DNA from: Candidatus Kaiserbacteria bacterium
GTDB taxonomy: Bacteria > Patescibacteriota > Minisyncoccia > Phycocordibacterales > UBA918
DNA: 64,000 bases
Direction of reading: 5' to 3'
Assembly (NCBI GenBank): GCA_016204695.1
Contig: JACQKD010000004.1
Location: 251-64,250, forward strand
Every line of letters starts with the position of its first letter. The stretch's first letter is position 1. Positions 35,352 through 44,492 of the stretch are shown piece after piece. Position numbers and translations under genes: made by a program. The notes below the pieces were generated by a model that was not told where the DNA came from, made no database searches, and saw only the letters and a program-made list of their open reading frames with translations.

Positions 35352-36477
35352 GTTCGAGACCAATCTCTATTAAAATTTCCGCGATCTTCTTCGCCGCGTC
35401 CACTGGCGCAAAAGCGCGCGCGGCCTCCTGCATGCGCAATCGGATGGCTTGGTCGCCTATAATACGGCTGATCTCGGCCGCGAGCAAGTGGGGGGTGAGA
35501 TTTTTCTCTTCCATGACGATGGCGGCGCCGGTGCGAGCGTAGGTGTAGGCATTGAGGCGCTGATCGTGGCTGATTTCCTCTGGAATGGGAATGAGAATGG
35601 ACGGCTTGCCGGCAAGCGCAATCTCGTTGATCGAGCCGCTGCCCGCGCGCGAGATGACGAGTGCCGCGGCGCGAAGCGCCGCGGCGAGGGTGGTAACGTC
35701 AAGGAAACCGCGCACGTGATAGCGATTGAGATAGCTTTTTTCCTTGGTGAGCGCTTGCGCCGTTTCGGTGACGATGGTGGCGTGACTCTCTCCTGTTTGG
35801 TGTAAGATGACGTATTTTGACAACAACACATCGAGCGACGTGGCGATGAGGTCGTTTATCCGCTCGGCGCCTTGCGAACCGCCGAGTACCAAAATGAGCG
35901 GCAGATCGCGGTGAGCATCGAACTGCAACTGTTCGTACGGGTCACCCGCTCCCGGCGTAAGAAGGTGGCTCCGCGTGGGTATGCCGGTGCGGACCACCTT
36001 GTGTGCCGGAAAGTATTTGTTATCGCCTGCGTAGGTGACGGCGATGGTGCGCGCGAATCGCGCGACGAGCTTGTTTGCGCGCCCGGGTTGCGCATCGGAT
36101 TCGTGGATGACGATCGGAATGCGCAGAAATATCGCCGCGAGGATGACCGGCACGCTCGTGTAGCTCCCTTTGCTCACGACCACATCGGGGTACAGCGTAA
36201 ACAACTTCCATGTCGCGACACATACTCCGGCCAGCGTCCTTGCCGTGTCTGTGAAATTTTTCCACGAAAAATACCGCCGCATTTTTCCGGCCGGCACGTA
36301 TTGAAAGGAGATGCCGTGGCGCATCAATGCTTCCGGATCGTATGGCTCCGGACCCATAAGGTACAATTCGGGCAGAAGAAGCTTCTGGTCCCGCGCATGT
36401 ATGATCAGGGCTTCGGCAATGGCGATAAGCGGATAGAAGTGTCCGCCGCTCCCGCTTCCTGTAAGGACGATACGCAT
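35341..36477 (-). CDS. murG: UDP-GlcNAc:lipid I N-acetylglucosaminyltransferase MurG.
   Basis: 'MRIVLTGSGSGGHFYPLIAIAEAL', 'LVLGGSQGAERIN' and C-terminal 'GAGSGSINEIALAGKPSILIP' are the GT28 signatures. Confidence 0.9.
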   Translation of the reverse strand: MRIVLTGSGSGGHFYPLIAIAEALIIHARDQKLLLPELYLMGPEPYDPEALMRHGISFQYVPAGKMRRYFSWKNFTDTARTLAGVCVATWKLFTLYPDVVVSKGSYTSVPVILAAIFLRIPIVIHESDAQPGRANKLVARFARTIAVTYAGDNKYFPAHKVVRTGIPTRSHLLTPGAGDPYEQLQFDAHRDLPLILVLGGSQGAERINDLIATSLDVLLSKYVILHQTGESHATIVTETAQALTKEKSYLNRYHVRGFLDVTTLAAALRAAALVISRAGSGSINEIALAGKPSILIPIPEEISHDQRLNAYTYARTGAAIVMEEKNLTPHLLAAEISRIIGDQAIRLRMQEAARAFAPVDAAKKIAEILIEIGLEHER

Positions 36478-36491
36478 ACGCTGTATGCCCC

Positions 36492-37604
36492 TTATTGTAC
36501 CACTCCGCTCCTCTTCTTTCGGTGTTTTGAGACGTTCAGGATGATTCCCACCGAGGCCAGTACGGCAAGCAGGGCCGTACCCCCTTGGCTGATAAACGGT
36601 AGCGGCAGGCCGGAGAGCGGCGCAAGTGCGAGCATCGCGGCGATATTAAGAAACGCCTGGGATACGATCAGGGTGACAAATCCCACTACGAGTAACATGC
36701 CGAAGAGGTCCGTGCTTTCGGCGGCGATTCGGTATCCGCGAAAGGCGAAAAACGAAAACAAGAGTATCAATACGACGCCGCCGATAAAACCGAATTCTTC
36801 GCTGTATACGGCAAATATCGAGTCGCTGATCGGCTCCGGCAGATGTTCGAATTTCTGGATGCTCTGCCCGAATCCCCGTCCAAGAATGTGTCCCGAGCCG
36901 ATGGCGATGAGCGACTGGTTGATTTGATAGCTCTTGCCTTGCGGGTCGACACTGGGATCGATGAATGACGTGAGGCGGTCCATGATATACGGCCGTGAAA
37001 AAGCGAGTACCGCGACAAGGGCGATACCGAAAAGTGCGAGCCAGAGGACATCCCGCCACCTTCCGCCGGCGGTCAAAAACAACGCCACGCCCGCGAGTGT
37101 CATGATGACGAATGTGTCGGTGTCCGGTTGCGCCAAGACCACGGCTCCGACGAGAGCGACAATGCTGAAGAACGGGAGGGTGCCTTTCCTGAAGGAGCGG
37201 ATATGCTGTTTCATCCCCGAGAGCCATGTCGCCAGATAGATCACGTATCCGATCTTAAGAAACTCAGACGGTTGAAACGACACGAAGCCGATTCTGACCC
37301 ATCGGTGAGCTCCGTTGAGCTCAAGTCCGATCTTTGGCACGAAGACGAGCAGGGTCAGAATCCCCGTCGTGACGAAAATGTAGAATGCGTACCGTCGCCA
37401 GAAGCGATACTGGATTGAGCTGGCGACGAGGAGCGCGATACTGCCGCCTACGATACCGTAAAAGATCTGGTTGAATGCAACCGAGGAAAAACGCGCTCCC
37501 TCGCGAGCGAGAAGGCCGAGTGACGCGGAAGAAAAAATAAAAAATCCGCCCACCACGAGGAGGATGACGAGTCCAAGCAATGTTCTATCGAGAGTCCGGC
37601 TCAT
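36492..37604 (-). CDS. ftsW: SEDS-family peptidoglycan glycosyltransferase FtsW/RodA.
   Basis: 10-TM protein. 'RWVRIGFVSFQPSEFLKIGYVIYLA' and 'SDSIFAVYSEEFGFIGG' are conserved SEDS blocks. Located between mraY and murG. Confidence 0.85.
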   Translation of the reverse strand: MSRTLDRTLLGLVILLVVGGFFIFSSASLGLLAREGARFSSVAFNQIFYGIVGGSIALLVASSIQYRFWRRYAFYIFVTTGILTLLVFVPKIGLELNGAHRWVRIGFVSFQPSEFLKIGYVIYLATWLSGMKQHIRSFRKGTLPFFSIVALVGAVVLAQPDTDTFVIMTLAGVALFLTAGGRWRDVLWLALFGIALVAVLAFSRPYIMDRLTSFIDPSVDPQGKSYQINQSLIAIGSGHILGRGFGQSIQKFEHLPEPISDSIFAVYSEEFGFIGGVVLILLFSFFAFRGYRIAAESTDLFGMLLVVGFVTLIVSQAFLNIAAMLALAPLSGLPLPFISQGGTALLAVLASVGIILNVSKHRKKRSGVVQ

Positions 37605-37625
37605 GTCTGTTTCCGCATGTTTCCT

Positions 37626-38684
37626 TTAGGCGGTGAGGGCGATAGTCATGCCAACGATGGCGCATATGATTGAAATAATCCAATACCGCATTGTCACTTT
37701 GTATCCCGGCCACCCCATTGCCTCGAAGTGGTGGTGGAGCGGTGCGACGTACAGCACCTTTCTTCCCCAGACTTTCTTGGCCGTGAGTTGGACGATATTT
37801 GAGAGTACGGTGACGACAAGCGGCAGGCCGATGATGGGAAGTACCGCGATGCCGACTCCGGTGCCGAGATTGTCCGACATGAAGACCACGACCGCGAGGG
37901 TGAGTGTGAGCGCCATCGTGCCCGTCTCGGTCATCCAGAACCGCGCGGGTGGAATGTTAAACCACAAGAATGCGAGAATTGCGCCGGCAACCGTCGCGCA
38001 AAATGCCGCAAGGTCGAATTGGTCTTGGTAATAGGTAATGACGGAGTATGCGGTGAATATGGTCGCAAATACGCCCCCGGAGAGTCCGTCTATGCCGTCG
38101 ATGACTCCGCTTGCGTAGAGCGAAAGCGCCAACAGCATAAAGAACGGAATAATGAGCGCCCCGAGATATACTTCCCCGTCGTAGGGCAGGCCGATGGCTA
38201 CGACATCGAGTTTTTCATAAAACCACCAGCCGACGGCGAACGCGAGCGCCGCAACAAACAACAGGCGGACACGCAAGCGTATGCCCCGCCCGGCATATTG
38301 CACATCGTACCAATCGTTGAGAAAGCCGACGAGGGCGCCGAGAATGAGTGTTGAGAACGGAATCCATGTCTGCGACCGCGAGACGAAGTCGAGCGCCGCA
38401 AGCGGCGACTGCGGGAAGCACGAGGCGATCACCCACAGCACCGTGGTGGTGAGCAAAACGCTCATCCAGATGACGATGCCTCCCATGCGCGGCGTGTGCG
38501 CCTCGGTCGCCTTGTGGAGTTTGTTGAACTCGGTCGCCTCGGTGCCGTCGAGCGCTTCCTTGCCGGGATTTTTCTTCCATACTTTATACAAAAAGAGATA
38601 GTGCGTGACGATCGGCGTGATCGCGATGCCGAGTATGAAGGCGAGCGTTGCCGGAGCGAATATTTTTACAATGTCGGTAATCAT
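37626..38684 (-). CDS. mraY: Phospho-N-acetylmuramoyl-pentapeptide transferase MraY.
   Basis: 'TPRMGGIVIW', 'NDWYDV', 'VIDGIDGLSGG' and C-terminal 'HHHFE' are MraY signatures. Confidence 0.9.
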   Translation of the reverse strand: MITDIVKIFAPATLAFILGIAITPIVTHYLFLYKVWKKNPGKEALDGTEATEFNKLHKATEAHTPRMGGIVIWMSVLLTTTVLWVIASCFPQSPLAALDFVSRSQTWIPFSTLILGALVGFLNDWYDVQYAGRGIRLRVRLLFVAALAFAVGWWFYEKLDVVAIGLPYDGEVYLGALIIPFFMLLALSLYASGVIDGIDGLSGGVFATIFTAYSVITYYQDQFDLAAFCATVAGAILAFLWFNIPPARFWMTETGTMALTLTLAVVVFMSDNLGTGVGIAVLPIIGLPLVVTVLSNIVQLTAKKVWGRKVLYVAPLHHHFEAMGWPGYKVTMRYWIISIICAIVGMTIALTA

Positions 38685-38690
38685 ATGCGT

Positions 38691-39800
38691 CTATTGTTTT
38701 GTTCCGAGCGCTGTGCCGGTCTTTTCGATCAAGGTCATGACGTCGTTGAAACGCCCTTCGCGGGTTGATCCGAGTACCGCGATGGCGATCGGTCGGTTGA
38801 GCCCGGCATCGTAGGCGATGACCAGATTGCCTCCGGCAAGCCGCGTGAAGCCTGTTTTCGAGCCGAGGATGCCGGGGATATCGTGCGTAACTTCATTCGT
38901 GTTGAATGCATTAAACGCGAGGCCTTCCTGGTTGTACACGGTGCGGAGAGCGTCTTTTGTCCCTTCAAGGATTTCCGGGCGGTGCAGTACCAGATATTCC
39001 ATAAGAAATGCCATATCGCGCGCGGAGCCGTAGCTTCCGCTCTTGGCCCCGTCGACGTCAAGGCCGGTGGGATTGGTGAAATATGACTGCGAAAGGCCGA
39101 TCTCCTCCGCTTTTGCGTTCATAGCGTCTATGAAGGCGCGTTCCGCGTGGTCTTGGTCAAGTGCGGCTCCCGCCGCCGCGGCCAAAGCATAGGCGCCGTC
39201 GTTTGACGAGGTGATGAGCGTCAGGTCGGTGAGCTCCCGGAGTGTGAAGGTGTGGCCGGTCGCAAGCAGACTATCGCCCTCTTGTTCCACCGCTTGTTGC
39301 GTAATCGATATCTGATCGTCGGATTGTAAGTGTTCGTAGGCGACCAGTGCGGTCATGAGTTTCGTGAGCGAGGCGAGCGGAAGCTGTGCGCTCGCGTTTT
39401 TGTTAAAGAGCGCCTTTTGGTTTTTTATGTCCCAGACATAGGCGGCATGCGCAGTCAGTTGTACATCGTTAAATGCGCTACCGTCCGGCTCTCCGGTCGG
39501 CCGCTCCACTCCCGCTTTTCTCCCCACCTCTTTTTTTTGTTTTTCGCCCATTGGCAGATAGGAAGCGCCGAAGAGGAGCGCGAGCATGCCGAGGGCGATC
39601 GCAAGTTGCGGCAGAGTCGGCATTCGATGGGCCGGAAGAATTGATGCGGAGGGAGTCGGAGCGAGAGTTTCCACGGCGGCAGGTTCCGGCTCCGGAGCGG
39701 TTGCCGGGTTTTCGGCGGCTTCGGATGGTTGGTCCGCAGACGGATTCCCTTCCATTTCTTCCTGCTGTGTGTCGTCCGTATCCATATGCCAATTACTCAC
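38691..39800 (-). CDS. Serine-type D-Ala-D-Ala carboxypeptidase (PBP5/DacA-like, S11).
   Basis: 'ASLTKLMTAL' (SxxK), 'SSNDGAYALA' (SxN), 'SKTGFTRLAGGNLV' (KTG). N-terminal acidic region plus TM anchor. Confidence 0.8.
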   Translation of the reverse strand: MSNWHMDTDDTQQEEMEGNPSADQPSEAAENPATAPEPEPAAVETLAPTPSASILPAHRMPTLPQLAIALGMLALLFGASYLPMGEKQKKEVGRKAGVERPTGEPDGSAFNDVQLTAHAAYVWDIKNQKALFNKNASAQLPLASLTKLMTALVAYEHLQSDDQISITQQAVEQEGDSLLATGHTFTLRELTDLTLITSSNDGAYALAAAAGAALDQDHAERAFIDAMNAKAEEIGLSQSYFTNPTGLDVDGAKSGSYGSARDMAFLMEYLVLHRPEILEGTKDALRTVYNQEGLAFNAFNTNEVTHDIPGILGSKTGFTRLAGGNLVIAYDAGLNRPIAIAVLGSTREGRFNDVMTLIEKTGTALGTKQ

Positions 39801-40407
39801 TGTCGCTTGATGTCGCTATCGCCTCCATATTCTCCTCGCGGGCGTTGTTCTCAAATACATCGATCTCGTCCATGACGGTCGCATACCGCGGCAGGTCTTC
39901 TTTTTTTGCAATACCCATATGCGCGTAGAGTGCGGGCGTGGCGGCGTATTCAAATGCATGTGCGCGCGTCTTGTGCGCAACGCGCTCGACGAGCCCGCGC
40001 ACCTGGAGATTGCGCAGAATGTATCCCGAGTTCACGCCGCGGATATAGTCGATCTGCGCGCGAGAAACCGGTCCGCGATAGAGCACGATTGCGAGCGTCT
40101 CCGCTCCCGCCTTCCCTATCTCGCGCGAGAGTTCTTCTTTGCGAAGTTTTTCTACGATTTCAGAAACCTCGGGCGCGCTTGCGAGCTGAACTTCGCTTCC
40201 GGTATCTATGAGTCGCGCCGCACCACGCGAGAGCCGCTCGCCCAAGCTCGCAAGCGCGCCCGAGAGCTCCTCCTCCGAAACACCCAAAAACTCTCCAAGC
40301 TCTTTCTTGGTCACCGGCTCCGTCCTATAAAAAAGCACCGCTTCGATCAGTACATCAGCGTTCACCCCAGAAGTATAGCAAACTTCCCTCCTGCTCACAC
40401 AAAACAT
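39793..40407 (-). CDS. scpB: Segregation and condensation protein B.
   Basis: 'LIEAVLFYRTEPVTKKELGEFLGVSEEEL...LASLGERL' and 'LAIVLYRGPVSRAQIDYIRGVNSGYILRNLQVRGLV' are the two ScpB winged-helix repeats. The true start may be GTG near 40365. Confidence 0.8.
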   Translation of the reverse strand: MFCVSRREVCYTSGVNADVLIEAVLFYRTEPVTKKELGEFLGVSEEELSGALASLGERLSRGAARLIDTGSEVQLASAPEVSEIVEKLRKEELSREIGKAGAETLAIVLYRGPVSRAQIDYIRGVNSGYILRNLQVRGLVERVAHKTRAHAFEYAATPALYAHMGIAKKEDLPRYATVMDEIDVFENNAREENMEAIATSSDSE

Positions 40408-40461
40408 ATGTGGTTAAGCCATAAAATATCATGTAGTTTTGTCACATGATATAATGAAACG

Positions 40462-40636
40462 GATCAACCAAATAGAACCCTCTCCAGCGGCAAAACGGGA
40501 GCCGGAATCCGGCTACGGTGAGTATAGGCAACGAGACGTGGCGTAAGACGGGAGGTACCTTGCTTGGAAACAGAGCATGTTCAGTGGAAATGGTTGAAAG
40601 AGAAATAGCCCTTAGGGGCTATTTCTCTTTCTTGGT
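40462..40636 (+). ncRNA. Candidate small RNA (~175 nt) with its own promoter and intrinsic terminator, in the gap between scpA and scpB.
   Basis: Extended -10 TGaTATAAT (40447-40455). No ORF. GAGCCGG-aat-CCGGCT internal hairpin. 13-bp perfect terminator stem AGAGAAATAGCCC-ttag-GGGCTATTTCTCT (40600-40629) followed by TTCTTGG. Family unknown. Confidence 0.35.
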
Positions 40637-40663
40637 GTCTGGAAAACTGACAATCTGATTGCT

Positions 40664-41428
40664 TTACGAATACCTTGGAGTGTCAACTGATTCGCGTTCG
40701 ATATCGAAGTCGGCGAAGCGTGCTTCTTGGCGCACCATGACGATGCCTTGCTTGACGAGTTCGAGGACGGCGAGGAAGCTCACAATCACGTCTCCCTTCT
40801 CTCCCCCGCCGTGGAATGTGCTGAAACTCATCTTGAAGTGCTCGGTGATGCGCTGTTCAAGCCTCTGCATCATTTCCTCAAGCGAGATGACTTTTTTCAC
40901 CGACACTTGCGTGCGCGCCGGGGCTTTTTTCGGGAGATTCAGCAGTACGCGCCCTATCGCTTCTTGCATGCTCTCTATCGTCGTATATGAGTCGGGTATG
41001 AAAAGCGGATCCGCCAGCTGGCGGACGGGTGCAAACGGCCGGGCATAGAGCATGTGCGAGCCGAACACTGCTCTGATACCATCGCTCGCCTCTTTATATA
41101 TTTTGTAGAGCTTGAGACGAAGCTCGAGGTCTTCGATACTCGCTTCCTCTTCGCCCGTGAGGTCGAGCATGGGAAGGAGCGATTTTGATTTTATCAAAAG
41201 CAGGGTCGAAGCGACGAGTACGAATTGCGCCGTCTCTCCGAGATGATGCTCTTGGTGGTCGCTGTGCTCCGGCGCTTCGAGTGCGCTGACATATGCCATG
41301 AAGTCATCCGTCACCGCGGCGAGTGAAATATCATTGATGAGGAGCTTGCGCTTCTCGATGAGGTCGAGCAGAAGCTCCATCGGTCCCTCAAACACCTCTG
41401 TCTTAATAGCAAATTGCGTATCCGGCAC
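40664..41428 (-). CDS. scpA: Segregation and condensation protein A.
   Basis: 'FEGPMELLLDLIEKRKLLINDISLAAVTDDFMAYV' is the ScpA N-terminal signature. ~254 aa. Confidence 0.85.
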   Translation of the reverse strand: MPDTQFAIKTEVFEGPMELLLDLIEKRKLLINDISLAAVTDDFMAYVSALEAPEHSDHQEHHLGETAQFVLVASTLLLIKSKSLLPMLDLTGEEEASIEDLELRLKLYKIYKEASDGIRAVFGSHMLYARPFAPVRQLADPLFIPDSYTTIESMQEAIGRVLLNLPKKAPARTQVSVKKVISLEEMMQRLEQRITEHFKMSFSTFHGGGEKGDVIVSFLAVLELVKQGIVMVRQEARFADFDIERESVDTPRYS

Positions 41429-41479
41429 ATGAGTATCATAGCAAATATAGAGCTATAATTAGCTCATCGAAAGATACGT

Positions 41480-41779
41480 ATGAATAGGACTTCGTATACA
41501 ACCCTTCTTACCGAAAAAGATAAAAAGAAAGTAGTATTTAGTACCCGTAAGGGTCGAGTTACATATTTCAGTGTCCATTACTATAGTCTGATAGATGGTC
41601 GGTGGCGTTCAATTATTCGTTTTGATACCGCTCATGGTCGTCCCCATAAGCATACTTTCCACAAAGATGGTCGAGAGTATAGAGTAGATATACCAGGTGA
41701 TTATGGTACAATCTTTACTGAAGCGGTAAAGCTAATCACGCGGCGTTTTGAGGGGATAAAACGAAATTATTTGTACTAG
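41480..41779 (+). CDS. Small hypothetical protein (99 aa) in a low-GC islet.
   Basis: Preceded by palindromic GAGCTA-TAAT-TAGCTC. 'DTAHGRPHKHTFHKDGREYRVDIPGDYG' has only a faint resemblance to HicA-type 'GSHH.F.H.DG' toxins, not conclusive. Confidence 0.4.
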   Translation: MNRTSYTTLLTEKDKKKVVFSTRKGRVTYFSVHYYSLIDGRWRSIIRFDTAHGRPHKHTFHKDGREYRVDIPGDYGTIFTEAVKLITRRFEGIKRNYLY

Positions 41780-41786
41780 ATATATT

Positions 41787-42038
41787 ATGACTAAAGGACA
41801 GGTAAAAAAGAATATCGCTTTGTCACTTGATTTTGATACTTACGTTGCTCGTAATCCGCGGGTGCTTCGCTCTGTACCAAAGGGTGTAAATATTATCCTG
41901 ACTTCTGCAAGGGACAATAAATTGTCTGATTCAAATATGCAGATGGCCAGATCAGCACGTAGTGGACGATTTGTCGTTGCGCACAAAGAGAGTCGTGGTT
42001 GGACAATTGATTCGTTTCCTCCTAAGGACAGAAAGTAA
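41787..42038 (+). CDS. Small hypothetical basic protein (83 aa) in a low-GC islet.
   Basis: Directly downstream of the previous ORF (7-nt gap). No recognisable domain. Confidence 0.4.
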   Translation: MTKGQVKKNIALSLDFDTYVARNPRVLRSVPKGVNIILTSARDNKLSDSNMQMARSARSGRFVVAHKESRGWTIDSFPPKDRK

Positions 42039-42045
42039 TTTTAGT

Positions 42046-42132
42046 ATCTCTCCGCGATGAGGGTGAGGAGGCGGATGGGTTCGCCGGTGGCGCCTTTGGC
42101 GAGCTTGTCGCTTGCGACGGAGGTCATGCGCG
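42046..42132 (-). pseudogene. Duplicated 3'-terminal fragment of pepA (direct repeat copy 1).
   Basis: ~87 bp matches 43103-43189 with 4-5 mismatches. The minus strand encodes '...RMTSVASDKLAKGATGEPIRLLTLIAER', the pepA C-terminus. The plus-strand ORF 42057..42275 in the track is an artefact of this copy. Confidence 0.6.
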
Positions 42133-42143
42133 AGCCGATAGCT

Positions 42144-42749
42144 TTATTCAGTAGTTGTAGAAACTTCTGCTTGGGGGTCATTTACATATATTACAACATT
42201 TTCCTTTCCATCAGGTTCGCCAGAAGTAAGAGTTGCCAGTGCCAGAAGCGTTGTAACTACTGCGGTCAACAGTGAGATAATAATCTGAACGCCAATTTGT
42301 TCAACAGGCTTTAATGTCTCTGGAATATATTTGCACCAGAAGTATCGCTTGTTTAGAAGCTCCGTACCTTTGTCTGCGCCCACACGAATAAGACGCAAGC
42401 TAGACTTATCGTCGTCGAGTGCATCTGTCAAATTTTCAGGTTCTCTGAAGTGAGGATTTGGTTGATCGATTACGAACTTGTTAGCAATGCAGGTTCGCAG
42501 TAGGTTTTTCCAATTTCTTATGTAAGCTACATCCGTCTCCTCTTTTTGGTACTTCTGCATCATTGCTCTCAAGAGCTTATTCTCAAGTACCCAGAACTTC
42601 GTGTCGCCTACAAAGAAAAGCGGTATTCGTTCATGCTTTTGTTGGTGTAGTCGTTTGAGTTCCTTATTTTCAAAGTCCTCTAACTCTCGCACCAGCTTTC
42701 TTTGTTCCCATAAAACTGCCATGCGCCCCAATATACCCTTTTCTCCCAA
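42144..42749 (-). CDS. Hypothetical protein with a soluble N-terminal domain and C-terminal TM anchor, low-GC.
   Basis: 201 aa. ~150-aa charged domain, then 'IGVQIIISLLTAVVTTLLALATLTSG' and a short acidic tail. Tail-anchored topology. No recognisable domain. Confidence 0.45.
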   Translation of the reverse strand: MGEKGILGRMAVLWEQRKLVRELEDFENKELKRLHQQKHERIPLFFVGDTKFWVLENKLLRAMMQKYQKEETDVAYIRNWKNLLRTCIANKFVIDQPNPHFREPENLTDALDDDKSSLRLIRVGADKGTELLNKRYFWCKYIPETLKPVEQIGVQIIISLLTAVVTTLLALATLTSGEPDGKENVVIYVNDPQAEVSTTTE

Positions 42750-42777
42750 CTTGCACTAATGGAACGAGCACCAGTTT

Positions 42778-43095
42778 TTAACGATTCAGGCATATTTCGT
42801 AGTCAGATAAGGCCTCTTCGTATTCTTCGCAACCCTCGATGAAAGAATTGGAGTTCCCACTACAATAATTTCCTTGTTCTCCCCAATTCCATCCGGCATA
42901 GTGTCCCGACCCAATGTCGTAGGGGTTCTCTGGCTCGATACACTCCTGTCCCATCGCTTGGTATTGTTCAGAATAACTTTCTGATTCAAATCTATCCGAG
43001 GTCTCATCTTCGGAGAAAAAGCTATATACACCCCAAGCAATAAGCCCTATCAGAATGAGCGATCCGATTCCTTTCATTTCTTCGTTTTCTGACAT
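42778..43095 (-). CDS. Small membrane-anchored protein with an acidic 4-Cys C-terminal domain.
   Basis: ATG at 43093-43095. 105 aa. 'GIGSLILIGLIAWGVYSFF' TM helix, then 'ECIEPENPYD...NYCSGNSNSFIEGCEEYEEALSDYEIC'. The longer track ORF (to 43446) is read-through into pepA antisense. Confidence 0.4.
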   Translation of the reverse strand: MSENEEMKGIGSLILIGLIAWGVYSFFSEDETSDRFESESYSEQYQAMGQECIEPENPYDIGSGHYAGWNWGEQGNYCSGNSNSFIEGCEEYEEALSDYEICLNR

Positions 43096-43097
43096 TG

Positions 43098-44492
43098 TTA
43101 ATACCTCTCCGCGATGAGGGTGAGGAGGCGGATGGGTTCGCCGGTGGCGCCTTTGGCGAGTTTGTCGCTTGCGACGGATGTCATGCGCGGGGCCATGTCT
43201 ATGTGCGCCCACTTGCAACCGTCGGGGTAGCCCTCGGCGAAATGCGAGAGGAACATGCCGCCATTGATGGCGCCGCCCCATTTGTATCCGGAAGCGGGGA
43301 TATTTGCCACATCGCCGAAGCGGCCTTTGATGTACTGCTTGTATTCGTCCCAGAGCGGGAGCGGCCAGAGATAGTCGCCGCTTTCTTCGCCGAGCTTCAT
43401 GAATGTTTCGCGGACGGCGTCGTCTTTTGTCATGAGCGCGGAGCAATGCTCGCCGAGCGCGACGAGCGATGCGCCGGTGAGTGTCGCGACATCAACGACG
43501 AGCCTTGGAGAGTATATCTGCGCGTAGGTGAGCGCGTCAGAAAGGACGAGGCGGCCTTCCGCATCGGTATCGAGCACGTCAATAGTCTTTCCCGAGCGGC
43601 CGACGAGGACATCTCCCGGATGCAGACTGTCGTCCGAGATAGCGTTTTCGGTCGCGGGCACGAGGCCGATGATGTTTTTCTTGAGTTTCAATTTTGCCGC
43701 GAGAACGACTGCGCCGATGACCGCCGCGCCGCCGGACATGTCGAGGTGCATGTCGAGCATTGCACCTCCCACTTTTACGTTAAGCCCCCCGCTGTCGAAG
43801 GTAATGCCTTTCCCGACGAAGACGATGGGCGCTTCTTTTTTGCTTGCTCCATAGTATTCGAGGATGATGAATCGCGGGCCGTGCTTTGCCCCGCGGCCGA
43901 CACCGAGGAGCGCGCCCATACGCTCTTTCTCGATGCGCTTCTTGTCAAAGACGGTGACGCGCGCGCCCGTGCCTTTTACCATCTGCTTGGCGTGCTCGGC
44001 AAGGAGCGAGGGGGTCATGATGCTTCCCGGCGTGTTTGCGAGGTCGCGGCATTTGTTGACTTCGGTTGCGATGACGACTGCGCGGTCAAGCGCCTTTTTC
44101 GCCTCCGCACTTTGCACGCCGGAGATGAGTATCTCTTTGATGTCGTGCTTGTCTTTCTTGTACGCGGTGTATGTATAGTTTGCCAGGAGGAAATTTTCCG
44201 CCATGGTCCCGACGATCCAAGTGGCATCATGCGTCTCCAGTTGCGGGAACGGATGTTCGATTTCCACCACAAGCCGGTCTATCTTGTGCGTTTTTGCGGT
44301 GCGGACGATAGCGCGGCAGAGTGTGCGAAATGTGCGGACGTTTACGTCCTTGTATTTTCCGGCGGCGATAGAAAGTGTCGTGGAGCCGTCCTGTTGTTCG
44401 ATGTATTTTGACTCTTCCCCTTCGTGCCACGCGATGCGCACGCAGTCTTTCGGGAGCGTCTTTGAGTTACTGATCGGAGTTATTTTTGTCAT
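43098..44492 (-). CDS. pepA: Leucyl aminopeptidase (M17 family).
   Basis: 'LVGKGITFDSGGLNVK', 'DMSGGAAV', 'NTDAEGRLVLSDAL' and 'ATLTGA' are the M17 signature blocks. Confidence 0.9.
   Translation of the reverse strand: MTKITPISNSKTLPKDCVRIAWHEGEESKYIEQQDGSTTLSIAAGKYKDVNVRTFRTLCRAIVRTAKTHKIDRLVVEIEHPFPQLETHDATWIVGTMAENFLLANYTYTAYKKDKHDIKEILISGVQSAEAKKALDRAVVIATEVNKCRDLANTPGSIMTPSLLAEHAKQMVKGTGARVTVFDKKRIEKERMGALLGVGRGAKHGPRFIILEYYGASKKEAPIVFVGKGITFDSGGLNVKVGGAMLDMHLDMSGGAAVIGAVVLAAKLKLKKNIIGLVPATENAISDDSLHPGDVLVGRSGKTIDVLDTDAEGRLVLSDALTYAQIYSPRLVVDVATLTGASLVALGEHCSALMTKDDAVRETFMKLGEESGDYLWPLPLWDEYKQYIKGRFGDVANIPASGYKWGGAINGGMFLSHFAEGYPDGCKWAHIDMAPRMTSVASDKLAKGATGEPIRLLTLIAERY

Noticed and set aside
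42057-42275. 72-aa plus-strand ORF.
   Set aside because: It lies on the duplicated pepA 3'-end fragment, whose coding sense is the minus strand. It is treated as an artefact of the repeat.
42778-43446. 222-aa version of the small membrane-protein ORF.
   Set aside because: The N-terminal 117 aa are Arg/His-rich nonsense produced by reading antisense through the pepA 3' end. The real gene starts at the ATG at 43095.
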